Positions 18,898-29,464 of a stretch of 64,000 nucleotides of DNA are shown one piece after another (position 1 is the first letter of the stretch; the number at the start of each line of letters is the position of its first letter). The stretch is from Thermodesulfobacteriota bacterium. Its GTDB lineage: Bacteria; Desulfobacterota_D; UBA1144; Nemesobacterales; UBA2774. The notes beneath the pieces were generated by a model that worked only from the letters and a program-made list of their open reading frames with translations, was not told the origin of the DNA and did not search any database. The position numbers and the translations under genes are program-made. Location: positions 832,001 through 896,000 of the forward strand of contig OZ244197.1 in NCBI GenBank assembly GCA_965216785.1, read 5' to 3'.

Positions 18898-21780
18898 CTA
18901 CGCGTCTGTACTTCGTAAAAACCTATTAACGACTTCTCCAAGCTCTTTAAGTTTGTAGGGTTTAGCAATAAAACCCAAAAATCCATGCGTCTTAAAATCT
19001 GACATTACGGGGTTATGCGAGTAGCCGCTTGAGGCAATCGCTCTTACCCCGGGGTCAATTTCGATTAACTTCACCACCGTTTCTTTCCCTCCTATACCGC
19101 CCGGTACCGTGAGGTCGAGTATTACCAGGTCGTACTCCCCTCCGTTTTGCCCGGCGCTTTCATACATACTGATTGCCTCGGAGCCGTCTTTTGCAAATGA
19201 GACTTCATACCCAAGACTTGAAAGCATTTCGCCGGCGACTTCTCTTACAAGCTCCTCATCGTCCATAATCAATATTTTTCCGCATCCACTGATATGCTTT
19301 TCATGAGATTCAATATTGCCATTGCCGTTTGTGGATGATGCAGGCAGCAGTACTTTAACGCTCGTACCCAAACCTGGCTCCGACTCTACGGTTATCGAGC
19401 CGTCGTGCTTTTTAATAATCGAGTAGCAAGTGGCAAGGCCGAGTCCGTTCCCCTCTTGTTTTGTTGTGAAATAAGGGTCGAATATCTTTGAGAGGTATTC
19501 GTGAGGAATACCGATGCCCGAGTCCTTTATAGAAATCTTTATATATCTTTTTTCCGAGAGATGACCCCCATCTTTGAGCTTAAGGTTCTCGGCTGAAATG
19601 TTGACGACTCCTCCTTCGGGCATTGCTTGTTTTGCGTTAATAACCAGATTATTAATGACCTGACTGATTTGTCCCTCATCTACTTCAACTGACCAAAGAT
19701 CTTCTGATATCGAGAATTCACACCTTGTATTAGATCCCCTGACGGCAAACTCCGCAGATTCTCTAAGTAGCTCTTTGACAGACGTAACGGATTTAATCGG
19801 AACCCCGCCTTTAGCAAATGTTAAGAGCTGCTGGGTCAGGTCGCGCGCGCGAAGGGAGGCCCGCTCAGCCTCCGAGAGCCTTTTCTCAAGTTTTTCCCGA
19901 GATTCATGATATGATTTGGCAAGAGAAATATTCCCCAGAATAGCAGTTAGAAGATTGTTGAAATCGTGAGCGATACCGCCCGCTAAAATTCCGAGTGACT
20001 CTAATTTCTGAGCTCTGAGTAGCTCTTCCTCCATCATCTTCCGTTCCGTAATATCCTCATAAGTACCCAAAAGACCTACGACTGTCCCGGTGTCATCGTG
20101 AAGGGGTATCTTGTTCATATCCACCCATGCGTCTTTACCATCGGCATGAAGCTGAGTCGTCACTATGTGATATTCCGGGTTGTCGTTCTCAATAACGCGT
20201 TCATCTATTTCTTCAAATAATCGGGCTTCCTTTTCTCTCCATGCCAAGTCGCTATCCCTCATTCCAATAATTTCTTCAGGGGAGTTTATGCCGGCGTGTA
20301 AGGCGAATGTCTTATTACATCCCATGTACTTAAAATCAATGTCTTTCCAGAAAATGGCCTGTGGTATATTTTCAGTTACGAGCTTTAACATCTCCCGCGA
20401 TTCTCGAAGCTCGGTTCCCGCTCTTTTATGCTCAAGCACATTAACGAATATCTCTGCTACTATATTTAGAAGCGGTATGATGTCTTCTGGCCAAACTTTT
20501 TCCTCTTTTAAAGACTCCAGTCCAAGAAAACCGATTACCGTGTGTCCGAAGACCATGGGCACTGCTACCATGGATTTTATACCGGCCTTGTGAAATGCTT
20601 CTTTTTCGTAGGATGCTTCTTCCGGTAGAGTATCGAGGCTGGGGAAATAAATTGTTTCCCCTCTCATATGACGGTCGAATATCCAAGGGAGACTGTCCGA
20701 GCTCTTCTCTTTTAGAATTGTATTCCTCGGCTCAATTCCATCTTTACACCACTCATGGGTAGAGCTCAGGATTCCCGAGTCTTCTATATACTGGTAAATG
20801 TAACTTCTGTCTACGCCTTCAAACTTCCCTATTACACCAAGGGCGTAGTTAATACCCTCTTCAATCTGATCAGGAGAAAGGTTTATAAACAGATTTGAGA
20901 GCCCGGATATGAGTTTTTCAAACTCAAAGCGGTATTTAAGTGATTCCTCGGCTCTTTTTCGCTCAGATATTTCAAGCTCAAGCTCCTTTGTTCTTTCCCC
21001 AACTCGTTTTTCAAGCTCGTCCTGGGCCCTCTGAAGCTCTTGGTCTCTTTCTTCTATTTGTGAGAGCATTTCGTTGAAATGCTCGACTAGTATGCCGGAT
21101 TCGTCATCACTCTCTCTGAAAGCCCTTATCGAGAAATCTTTGCTTTCCGATACGCGGTTTGCTATGTCTGCCAGATTAAGTATGGGCTGTGAAATCAGTT
21201 TCTGAAGCGCTGTCGAGAGCGTAAAAGCTACAAGAAAACATATGAGAAAAATTATAAGAATAATTGCGATTTTCTGTCTTAGCGACGAGTAAACAGCATT
21301 CATGTCGGCACTAATGTACATTGTTCCGATTTGCTCATTATCCAGAGTTATCGGGATATATATCATCATCAAGTCGTTTTCGATGTAAGTTCCGGGGGGT
21401 CTTGGTTGTGAGGAAATAATGTCTGCGGCTGTATTATTTGCAGAGCTTGCTTGCGCTCTGACTTTATCGCTTAGGGAAGTATACGAAGCAAAAAGCTTTC
21501 CACCTCGCGTGTATATAGCGGCGGATACTATGTTCGGGTTTTCCTTGAGTGCCGACAGCGTTTCCTTTCCCGCTTCAGGGTCGCCGAACTCAAGAGCTGC
21601 CGTGCTGTTCAAGCCAACTATTTTTGCTGTGCTGGTGAGCTCTTTTTGTATTTCCGAGCGAAATCTTATAAAATCATCAGTTATAAGCGCGATCGAAGCC
21701 AGGAATAAAGCTGCCCCTGTGGTTACAAGAACAATAAGGATTAATTTTCTTTTAATAGATAGGTTTTTTAAGAATTGCAT
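18898..21780 (-). CDS. Hybrid sensor histidine kinase (periplasmic sensor-HAMP-GAF-PAS-HisKA-HATPase-REC)
   Basis: AGGIAHDFNNLL H-box; FDPYFTTK..GNGLGL; C-terminal receiver ILIMDDE..LDLT..KPY. Confidence 0.9.
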   Translation of the reverse strand: MQFLKNLSIKRKLILIVLVTTGAALFLASIALITDDFIRFRSEIQKELTSTAKIVGLNSTAALEFGDPEAGKETLSALKENPNIVSAAIYTRGGKLFASYTSLSDKVRAQASSANNTAADIISSQPRPPGTYIENDLMMIYIPITLDNEQIGTMYISADMNAVYSSLRQKIAIILIIFLICFLVAFTLSTALQKLISQPILNLADIANRVSESKDFSIRAFRESDDESGILVEHFNEMLSQIEERDQELQRAQDELEKRVGERTKELELEISERKRAEESLKYRFEFEKLISGLSNLFINLSPDQIEEGINYALGVIGKFEGVDRSYIYQYIEDSGILSSTHEWCKDGIEPRNTILKEKSSDSLPWIFDRHMRGETIYFPSLDTLPEEASYEKEAFHKAGIKSMVAVPMVFGHTVIGFLGLESLKEEKVWPEDIIPLLNIVAEIFVNVLEHKRAGTELRESREMLKLVTENIPQAIFWKDIDFKYMGCNKTFALHAGINSPEEIIGMRDSDLAWREKEARLFEEIDERVIENDNPEYHIVTTQLHADGKDAWVDMNKIPLHDDTGTVVGLLGTYEDITERKMMEEELLRAQKLESLGILAGGIAHDFNNLLTAILGNISLAKSYHESREKLEKRLSEAERASLRARDLTQQLLTFAKGGVPIKSVTSVKELLRESAEFAVRGSNTRCEFSISEDLWSVEVDEGQISQVINNLVINAKQAMPEGGVVNISAENLKLKDGGHLSEKRYIKISIKDSGIGIPHEYLSKIFDPYFTTKQEGNGLGLATCYSIIKKHDGSITVESEPGLGTSVKVLLPASSTNGNGNIESHEKHISGCGKILIMDDEELVREVAGEMLSSLGYEVSFAKDGSEAISMYESAGQNGGEYDLVILDLTVPGGIGGKETVVKLIEIDPGVRAIASSGYSHNPVMSDFKTHGFLGFIAKPYKLKELGEVVNRFLRSTDA

Positions 21781-21805
21781 TTTGTATATCCCGTAAATGC
21801 GTAAT

Positions 21806-22348
21806 TTACCTAATTACATTTGTAGCCAGGTTTAGGAGCTTAGAGCTTATCTTAAGACCTGCCTGCGCTCCGGCATTTAGATTTATTTCGAATCTGATTT
21901 TATTATCCACTACAACAAAGTTTATAATCACTCCCTTCTGAGCGAAACCCTTTGTTTGGCCTACTGTCAAAATATTCGATCCCTTCACCTGATCCAAGAT
22001 CTCCTCGTGGCTCTTTTCTTCAGAGGGACTGATAAATAAGACATTACAACTTTCAAGCTCTTTAGGCCCACTCAACTTTCTGACTACAATCTTGAGCCCC
22101 CTGACTTTCTTGCCCTCGATCTTAACTAGGGCATTAACCATCGGCCCCTTGCCTAAAATACCGAGTACTATAATGTTAGAGTCAGAGGGTAGAGAGCCCT
22201 CAGGCCATTCAATGAACTTAATGAACTTATGTATGAATGCCGCTTGTACGTCTTCCTGTGAAGCGGACTGGGCGCGAGCGTAATCAGCGCCGTCAACCGC
22301 AACTAGATGTAAGATTATAAAAATAACACTAAAATATTTCTTTAACAA
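21806..22348 (-). CDS. YfiR/DUF4154-family periplasmic protein
   Basis: AAFIHKFIKFIEWP and FEINL..AGLKISSKLLNLA motifs. Confidence 0.85.
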   Translation of the reverse strand: MLKKYFSVIFIILHLVAVDGADYARAQSASQEDVQAAFIHKFIKFIEWPEGSLPSDSNIIVLGILGKGPMVNALVKIEGKKVRGLKIVVRKLSGPKELESCNVLFISPSEEKSHEEILDQVKGSNILTVGQTKGFAQKGVIINFVVVDNKIRFEINLNAGAQAGLKISSKLLNLATNVIR

Positions 22349-22387
22349 TGGATTCTTATCCTGTTTAACTAATTGCTATAGACCTTT

Positions 22388-24400
22388 CTATTTAAACTCC
22401 AAAGTCAAGGCACCGAATACGCTTCTCGGTATCCTCGTTGCATTACCGATAAATGAATCACTGAACTCAAAATGCTCTTCAATGAGGTTTTGTCCGACTA
22501 CGCTTATCTCCACACCCTCGATCGGTTCCCATCCTAACTTGACGTCGAGCCTAGTGTATGAGGGTATATCGAGCGCAGGCAGTTTCTCTACCCAATAAAG
22601 AGAAGTATCGAGGCCTACGTCATAAGGCAGATTAATAAACGACTGTACTTTTATCTGATTATTTGGGCTTGCTCCCCCTCTGAATCTTGGCTCGGGGTTA
22701 TCGGGGTCTTTCTCGAGATCGAGTTCGAGAAACGAGTAATTCACGTGGAGCCTGAAGTAATCGACAGGACTCCACTTTGTTGCAATTTCAAATCCGTAGC
22801 CATCTCCGTTCAGTCCGTTATTCAAAAAGAGCGGGACTACCAGGTGGGGTATCGGTTCGTTAACTATAAAAGGCTCTCCTGGTCTTATAGATTCAAGGTT
22901 TTTGTAATGATTATAGAAACCTGTGATATCAACGAATACACTATTTAGTGGGCGTGTTCTGTATCCAACTTCTAAAGCGAGAAGGTCTTCTGATTCAAAA
23001 TCATCACTTCCCTGTACTACAACCAGAGTAGGGAGGCCCGTTTCAGGGTTAAGGAATGCGTCAGCTACAAAGCTCACGTCGTGCTCGGTGCGTGAAGGGG
23101 TTCTCACGGCGCGCGAGACAGCGGCCCATAATCGGTTGGTTTCGTTAACCGCCCAAAGAAGTCTTGCATCGGGCTGTATCTCAAAACCCGAAAAATCGTT
23201 ACGCTCGAATTTTGAACCGATAGTAAGATAAAGCTTCTCGTTTATGAGAGTAAGCTCATCCTGAACGAAAGCGCTGTATAGATTGTCTGTACGGTTGTCT
23301 TGACCCGGATCGAAAATAAAGCCGCCGTTTACGTCTTCATTTATAACACGATAGCCAAGTCCCCATATAACGTCATGATTTGCTAAGAAATTAAAATTAA
23401 ACCGGTTCAAGAATTCGATGTCGAAAGTCTGTCGTTTTTCTTTGGCGAATGTATCGATGTCACGGTCGACTATATCGTAATACGTCTGGAATACAGTATT
23501 CGAATCCTCTGAGAAAGCATGGGTCCAGCGAAGCAATATATTGCCTCCCGTGGTAGTGTTTTGAACTCTTGAGGTTTCTTCAAAAGGAGGGAACAAAGAG
23601 GATACCGTCAGCGAGCGGTGTGCGTCTATATTATAGATATCTCCTGTGAGAGTTACAGCGTCACTATTTTTATTATCCCAATCAACCCTTACGCCGCCCC
23701 TGTAGGATTTCCAGTCGTCGTTTCCGTCTCCTCCGCTGCGGCTCTCATAGCTGTCTCTGTTGTAGAATTTTCCGTAGCCCCTGTAATATAAGTTCTCTCC
23801 AACTTTGCCCCCATAGCGGAGACCCGCAAACCCCTGTTCCACATTTCCGCCTCCGCCCTGTAAAAAAATTCCCTCCGTGTCTTTAGCTTCTTTTGTGATT
23901 ATATTAATAACTCCGTTTACTGCGTTAGCTCCCCATATTGCACCGCCGGGACCCCGTATAACCTCAATACGGTCTATATCCTCAAGTAGCGTATCCACCT
24001 CATCCCAAAATACTCCTGAAAAAAATGGCTCATAAACGCTCCTGCCGTCTATGAGTACCAAAAGCTTGTTAGCTGCGCTGTTATTAAACCCTCTTATGGT
24101 AACCGCCCACTCATTTGCGTTTATCTGCGCGACTTCCACTCCGGGTACAATGCGCAGGGCGTCCGGTATGCTCCTTACTCCCGAGCGCCGTATCTCTTCT
24201 CCCGTGACCACATACACTGCAGCCGGTGTATCGAACAGAGACTCCTCTTTTTTGGATGGCGTCGTGACCTCTACACCCATAAGCTCTTCTAGGCTGAGCT
24301 CAGTTAGATCGGCATCAGGCTCTTCGGCAATTACTGAGCCTAATATTAATAGATATGATAGTATTGTTAATGTAATAAGTCTGATTGGTATCCTCATCAT
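22388..24400 (-). CDS. TonB-dependent receptor
   Basis: Plug motifs (LSLEELM, IRGFN, LLVLIDGRS, IDRIEVIRGPG..WGANAVNGVINIITK); beta-barrel; C-terminal F. Confidence 0.92.
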   Translation of the reverse strand: MMRIPIRLITLTILSYLLILGSVIAEEPDADLTELSLEELMGVEVTTPSKKEESLFDTPAAVYVVTGEEIRRSGVRSIPDALRIVPGVEVAQINANEWAVTIRGFNNSAANKLLVLIDGRSVYEPFFSGVFWDEVDTLLEDIDRIEVIRGPGGAIWGANAVNGVINIITKEAKDTEGIFLQGGGGNVEQGFAGLRYGGKVGENLYYRGYGKFYNRDSYESRSGGDGNDDWKSYRGGVRVDWDNKNSDAVTLTGDIYNIDAHRSLTVSSLFPPFEETSRVQNTTTGGNILLRWTHAFSEDSNTVFQTYYDIVDRDIDTFAKEKRQTFDIEFLNRFNFNFLANHDVIWGLGYRVINEDVNGGFIFDPGQDNRTDNLYSAFVQDELTLINEKLYLTIGSKFERNDFSGFEIQPDARLLWAVNETNRLWAAVSRAVRTPSRTEHDVSFVADAFLNPETGLPTLVVVQGSDDFESEDLLALEVGYRTRPLNSVFVDITGFYNHYKNLESIRPGEPFIVNEPIPHLVVPLFLNNGLNGDGYGFEIATKWSPVDYFRLHVNYSFLELDLEKDPDNPEPRFRGGASPNNQIKVQSFINLPYDVGLDTSLYWVEKLPALDIPSYTRLDVKLGWEPIEGVEISVVGQNLIEEHFEFSDSFIGNATRIPRSVFGALTLEFK

Positions 24401-24615
24401 CCGTCCTCATTTTATTTATTATTTCCATACGAACATCATAGGGAGATTCATGAAATATCTAATGCTTCTGTATGAACTTTAACGGTTCAAAGTACTTAGT
24501 GATGTAACATAAAATTCCTAGTTTCGCCTGAATAAGAAACTCGGCACAGTAGTAGCCATAGTTTATCTCCGTGTATGTAAAAAGATCGTAATAATTGAGT
24601 GTAGTTTGTATTTAA

Positions 24616-24631
24616 AGCAATATGTGTGCCG
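24616..24631 (-). promoter_or_regulatory. Putative sigma-54 (-24/-12) promoter for the TonB receptor operon
   Basis: Minus strand CGGCACACATATTGCT matches YGGCAC-N5-TTGCW, ~215 bp upstream of 24400. Confidence 0.5.
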
Positions 24632-24890
24632 AATGAAAATATTAAGGAAATCCGTGTATTGATAGTGGGTTAGAGGACGAATTTTGAATTTAAGCGGATT
24701 GCTGTTATGTCTTTACTACAAAATTTGACTAAAAGTCACAAATATTGTTAGTGTAAATAGATACCTACAGCTCATAGTTAATACATCAAATGTTTAGAAT
24801 AAAGTCCTGTAGGAACTTGAAGCTTAGTCAGTGTAACAGTAATAACAAATTGTCAAAATTCTGAGATTACACTCCGTCAGTAGGATAAAG

Positions 24891-24927
24891 AAGGGGCGCA
24901 GAAATTTTTCCTATTTCAGCGCCCCTT
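24891..24927 (-). terminator. Hairpin terminator downstream of the PhoX-like gene
   Basis: AAGGGGCGC...GCGCCCCTT inverted repeat ~30 bp after the stop. Confidence 0.65.
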
Positions 24928-24956
24928 GATTGATTCATTAGATTTGTAAGCGGTTT

Positions 24957-26711
24957 CTAGTCATCATCCTCGTTTATTAGGAATAGTAACTGTCCTCCTT
25001 CAACGAGGTCTCCGTCCTCGATGCGCGAGTCAGGATTTACGTCTTCCTGATCTTCAATACCGTGCGCCTGCACATCGAAAAGGAAAAGCGTGCCCGCGTC
25101 TTCGTCAAAGAGCTCCGACACATCAAGTATTCCCGAAGACTCCCATTCACCTGCTGCTCCAGCATCCATATCCACTGGGGTGCCCGCAGTTGTGGGATCG
25201 AGAATAACGCTCCTGTCTATATTTGCAACCCTTTTAATCTTTTTGCCTTTCTTATTCATGCGTACAATCCCGGCTTCATTCGGGTTGGCCGCACCATCGC
25301 CGAATAGTACTTCCCCGCTTAGCGAGTCTTCTTCGGCTTCATCCTCTTGAATATAAATAAATCCGTCGTCGGCCCAGTCAAGATTGTCCGGAGACCTGAG
25401 TGCCCGCGTCGGATCAGCATCGCCGTCGTATATTATCTTTACCTTGGCCTTGAGTTTTTTGAAGTTTGTTCTTATTGTGTACATCGTTCCGAATGTATCA
25501 GCTCCGTCTCCGGTGACAGGGTCCACAGCGTACGTATCCACACCCGTTGAAGCTAAAACGACCTGGTTACATCTGTCGGGGTTGGTAGCTACGTCTTCTG
25601 GTCTTGAGAACCCGAACGCCCCTGCCGCTTTTGCCTGAAGCCATAGGTTGCACTGCGAAGGGTATCCGAAATCGTCGAATTTCTCGTTTTCTACAGCATT
25701 GCAGCCGTCGGCTATGCCTCCTGGATTGGCTCCGGGACTATTATCGATTTGAACCCACTTTCCGTTTTGTACTTTAGCGCCGCTTGAGCCGTTAAAATCT
25801 AGAGGTGTTCTTATGCCGCTGTTATTTGCGACCCACACGTACAGGTCTCCGCCCCTGAGACCGTTTCTTCCAAGGAAATCTCCGTCAGGATCTTTCTCGC
25901 CAATGTATAGGTAAAGAGGCGCAGCTTCTGGAATTTCATCTCCATCAAAATCAAACGGTGAAGAATCGTCTGCCAGAATAAAGGCAACGGTATCTTCATC
26001 CCCTGTGCAGACCTCGGTTATGTTCTCCCATGCTCCCCGTCCCATAGCCGGTACATGGTAAAGGCTCATCGTAGAAGGATCGAGCGCCCATTCGGCACCA
26101 CCGTCCGAGTTAAATGCACCGCCGTCTTCTTCCCCTGTGAAATAGATGCGGTCTTCGAGCCCTTCGTCGTCACCGAACTGCTCAGCTTCAAATACTCCGC
26201 TTGAGCAAAAACGGCTGAAGCCGCCCGGGGTCGATGCTACGCAGGGATCTTCACCCTCTCCGCCGCAAAGACTGGGTGCGAAAAATTGGTTAAGAAACGA
26301 TGTGTCAGTGGCCTGATCACCGTCTGCGTCAAATATCTTATTATACGCCGGCCCTGCATCTACTATCTGTCTGCTTTCTTTATCTATGTCGAAATACGAG
26401 ATTCTAGCGCCGGAAAGTGTTATTGAAACGCCGTTTCCGTCGTTTACTTCATAATCATAGCCCCTGAAGTGTAAAAGCTCGTGGTTGGCAAGAATCCTGA
26501 CCGTGTCCTCGTCCAGCTCATAAGCCCCCAGACCGTCCAATATTCCGGGTGGGAAATAACCATTTATCGATTCACCTACTGTGAATATATCCTCTGTCAC
26601 AAAACCGTTTTGACCGATAGCCATAGGCTGTGCTATGGCTTGTGGTGCATGAAGACTAATTAAGGCAATCACCGCGGCCACAATACTAAAAAGCTTGTTT
26701 TTGTACTTCAT
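24957..26711 (-). CDS. Secreted PhoX/DUF839-type alkaline phosphatase-like protein
   Basis: Signal peptide; NHE, FSRFCS, MGRGAWEN, FSRPED, SPDNL, IQED, WESSG, VQAH; acidic beta-propeller composition. Confidence 0.7.
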   Translation of the reverse strand: MKYKNKLFSIVAAVIALISLHAPQAIAQPMAIGQNGFVTEDIFTVGESINGYFPPGILDGLGAYELDEDTVRILANHELLHFRGYDYEVNDGNGVSITLSGARISYFDIDKESRQIVDAGPAYNKIFDADGDQATDTSFLNQFFAPSLCGGEGEDPCVASTPGGFSRFCSSGVFEAEQFGDDEGLEDRIYFTGEEDGGAFNSDGGAEWALDPSTMSLYHVPAMGRGAWENITEVCTGDEDTVAFILADDSSPFDFDGDEIPEAAPLYLYIGEKDPDGDFLGRNGLRGGDLYVWVANNSGIRTPLDFNGSSGAKVQNGKWVQIDNSPGANPGGIADGCNAVENEKFDDFGYPSQCNLWLQAKAAGAFGFSRPEDVATNPDRCNQVVLASTGVDTYAVDPVTGDGADTFGTMYTIRTNFKKLKAKVKIIYDGDADPTRALRSPDNLDWADDGFIYIQEDEAEEDSLSGEVLFGDGAANPNEAGIVRMNKKGKKIKRVANIDRSVILDPTTAGTPVDMDAGAAGEWESSGILDVSELFDEDAGTLFLFDVQAHGIEDQEDVNPDSRIEDGDLVEGGQLLFLINEDDD

Positions 26712-26763
26712 TGAGTATGCCCCCTTTAAAGTTTGATTTGTAGAAGTGAGGGTAACTAGACGT

Positions 26764-26846
26764 GATGAATTTCAGGTTAAAGCGAGATTAAGGTTTGGTT
26801 TTTTTCAGGTGAATATTTTGTTTAAGCCGGATTAAGGATTGATTAA
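26764..26846 (-). promoter_or_regulatory. Array of 11-bp-period direct repeats (Pho-box-like) upstream of the phosphatase
   Basis: GRTKAA-like hexamers at 26764, 26775, 26786, (26797), 26808, (26820), 26830 and 26841. Confidence 0.6.
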
Positions 26847-26853
26847 GAATCAT

Positions 26854-28704
26854 TCAGCTCGGGAAATTGCATGCAAGCCTAAGTTCCCGCAGCATGGACA
26901 TCTTCTTAAATTGGTGTGTTTCCATTCTTCTCAGTATATTGTCCAGTGCTGTTAAAGCATCCAGTATATGAGGGCCTTTATTCAGCATAACGCACTCGGC
27001 CCTGTGCCCCATGGCGGCATCCGTAATTTCAGCCCTCGTCGGCGCGCCCAGCTTTGCCAGGCTTTCAAGTACTTGAGTTGCCCATATTACCGGAATATGA
27101 GCGGCCTCGCATAGCCATAGTATTTCCTCCTGGACTTCCGCCAGTCGCTCGAATCCAGATTCGACTGCCAGGTCGCCTCTGGCAATCATAACGCCGCAGC
27201 TAGGGCTCTTCATCGCCTCAAGAAGCATCGCAGCGAGGTTCTCAAATCCACGCCGCGTTTCAATTTTAAGCACTATGGAGGGCTGCCCTTTACCAAGGGT
27301 CTCTATTTGATTTATAAGGGTACTTATGTCTTCTGGGCTATTAACGAACGACAGCGCCACAATATCGGCGTTTTGTACTATGTAATCCAGTACGGGTAGA
27401 TCATTTTGAGTCAGCGCCGGCAGCCTGAGTTTTGTTAAAGGGAGGTTTATGCCTTTATCACTCCTTAGTTTCCCAAGGCGGGGGCCTGTATTTGTTATGC
27501 GTATTCTAAGTCCTTGAGCGCCCTTGGCCTCTATAACTCCGCTTATTTTCCCGTCATCAAACGAGATCGGCTCGCCGATTTCAACGTCGTTATAAACCTC
27601 AGGTATCGTACAGCCAATAACAGCATGTGACACAAGGTTTTTACAATCGTCATAATCCGCCGGGTGGCCCGGCTTCAAATCTTTGTTAAGCTCGAGCGTA
27701 TCGCCCGCCTGTAGTGGGATGAAGTTTTCCCGGGGCGTTATATTCAAGACTTTAGTCTCGTGTTTATGGGGGCAGAAAAGTTTTGTATCAGGAGTGATAT
27801 AAGCGGTTTTCCAGGCTTCGGCCAAGAGTCCTTCGTGAGCTCTTCCAATTACCTTGATATTTCGTTTAGTGCCTCGCGCGTCTGCAAATTTTATTCTGTC
27901 GCCCGGCTTGAGACGCTCGAGCCACTTATCTTCGACCGACAATACTGCACCGCCGGGTTTCTTAGAAATTAAGCCGGGATCAATTTTATCTGTAAGCAAC
28001 ACTGTTGCAGGTTTTAAAACCTTTCCGTATGCATTCTTTTTTGGGCGAATCTTTACAACTCTGGGTCCGGGACAAAGAGGTCCGGTACGGAGCTTAGGTC
28101 CCGGCAGGTCCATAATGATTTTACACTCAAGCCCTGTTTCCTTACGGGCCCGCTTAAGGTTCTCGATCATTTTAGACCATACTTCCCTACCGTCATGGGC
28201 GCAATTGATTCTCATGCAATTCATACCTTTTTTTAGTAGATTAAGTACAAGATCATAGTCAAAGGCTGCGGCACTCGGCATAGTTACCATAATGTATTGG
28301 TTTCTTCCGGAAGGCGAGGGGCCGAGCAGTATCCGGGTGTGCTGCTCCAGAATGCGCTTTGCCGTTATGAAGCCGATTTTATTTTTATCGGCATCAGCTA
28401 CTGCGGGCTCTTGCTGAGCCAGGCGCGATAATGTCAGCAGCACAGCGTCGATTGTAGCGAGCACGTGAGACTCTGAGCGCCCGAGTGATGATAGCCCCAG
28501 TTCCGCCAGCTCCGATTGCAGTGATCTCAGATCGCGGCGTCTGAGCGCAAGATAGTGAATCAAGTTCACTGCGCTATCTCTATACGAAGGGTCAAGACCG
28601 GAGATGGTTCGCTCCAGTTTTTCAGCTAAGCCCAGCATTTCTTTGCGCATAACACTAAGCTGCTTTATCAAGTACAATAGTTCGTCTTTAGATTTTTTAT
28701 ACAT
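26854..28704 (-). CDS. pyk: Pyruvate kinase, long atypical form
   Basis: RINCAH, DLPGPKLRTG, KIET, MIARGDLAVE, ATQVLESL, PTRAEITD. Confidence 0.8.
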   Translation of the reverse strand: MYKKSKDELLYLIKQLSVMRKEMLGLAEKLERTISGLDPSYRDSAVNLIHYLALRRRDLRSLQSELAELGLSSLGRSESHVLATIDAVLLTLSRLAQQEPAVADADKNKIGFITAKRILEQHTRILLGPSPSGRNQYIMVTMPSAAAFDYDLVLNLLKKGMNCMRINCAHDGREVWSKMIENLKRARKETGLECKIIMDLPGPKLRTGPLCPGPRVVKIRPKKNAYGKVLKPATVLLTDKIDPGLISKKPGGAVLSVEDKWLERLKPGDRIKFADARGTKRNIKVIGRAHEGLLAEAWKTAYITPDTKLFCPHKHETKVLNITPRENFIPLQAGDTLELNKDLKPGHPADYDDCKNLVSHAVIGCTIPEVYNDVEIGEPISFDDGKISGVIEAKGAQGLRIRITNTGPRLGKLRSDKGINLPLTKLRLPALTQNDLPVLDYIVQNADIVALSFVNSPEDISTLINQIETLGKGQPSIVLKIETRRGFENLAAMLLEAMKSPSCGVMIARGDLAVESGFERLAEVQEEILWLCEAAHIPVIWATQVLESLAKLGAPTRAEITDAAMGHRAECVMLNKGPHILDALTALDNILRRMETHQFKKMSMLRELRLACNFPS

Positions 28705-28809
28705 CGCAATAATCGGCTAATTCGGAAGCTTATCGGGTGATTTTTATAGAAAGGGTATCGTAGAATTATTAATTTTATGTTAAAAATCCTATCGACAAGT
28801 GTGGTTAAA

Positions 28810-29406
28810 TTATATTAAGATCTTCACCATAGTTGTTGAAGAGGCAAAGCCGATGTAGCGTCCCAGGTAGGGGTAACGATCTGTCTTGGTAGCCTTGAAC
28901 CCCTGACTTTCATAGAGCTTTTTGGCCCTGTCATTGATGTCAATGACGTCGAGTCCTATCTTTCCGTACCCTTTCTCGGCTCCAAATTCACTCAGCTTTT
29001 TCAGAATTCCGCTGCCAATCCCCTTGCCTCGCATAGACGAATCCACAGCGATGCCGTCCATCAACAGCTCACCCAGTTCCGCTTTTCTCTCATATAATAT
29101 TCCGAATATGAATACGGCCCACAAGCCTCTGAATAAACCTAGCAGTTTGATCAATCCGTAAGTACTGCCGCCGCTCGTGAAGTAGTCTCCTTCATGATGA
29201 AATCCCGCAAGTCCTACTAATCTATCGCCCTCAAACGCAGCTACTGCATATTCCGGCTTGATAGACTCTGTAAGAATCTCAACCATCTTCTCTTTGGATT
29301 TAGCTACTGGAAAGAATTTCTGACGGAAAGCTTCTTCATAAAGCTCAGCTGCTCTTCTGCGGGATGACTCGGGTATACCTACCCGGTATTCAATAGATTT
29401 ACTCAT
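28810..29406 (-). CDS. GNAT acetyltransferase
   Basis: IAVDSSMRGKGIGS motif A; NDRAKKLYESQGF motif B. Confidence 0.88.
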   Translation of the reverse strand: MSKSIEYRVGIPESSRRRAAELYEEAFRQKFFPVAKSKEKMVEILTESIKPEYAVAAFEGDRLVGLAGFHHEGDYFTSGGSTYGLIKLLGLFRGLWAVFIFGILYERKAELGELLMDGIAVDSSMRGKGIGSGILKKLSEFGAEKGYGKIGLDVIDINDRAKKLYESQGFKATKTDRYPYLGRYIGFASSTTMVKILI

Positions 29407-29464
29407 GTTTATTTTAAAACATAGTCTACTTATATTCAGGTCGGATCAACATTACCTGCTCAAG

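Noticed and set aside
24542-24556. Second sigma-54-like motif on the plus strand
   Set aside because: Weaker -12 element, and no gene starts downstream in that direction
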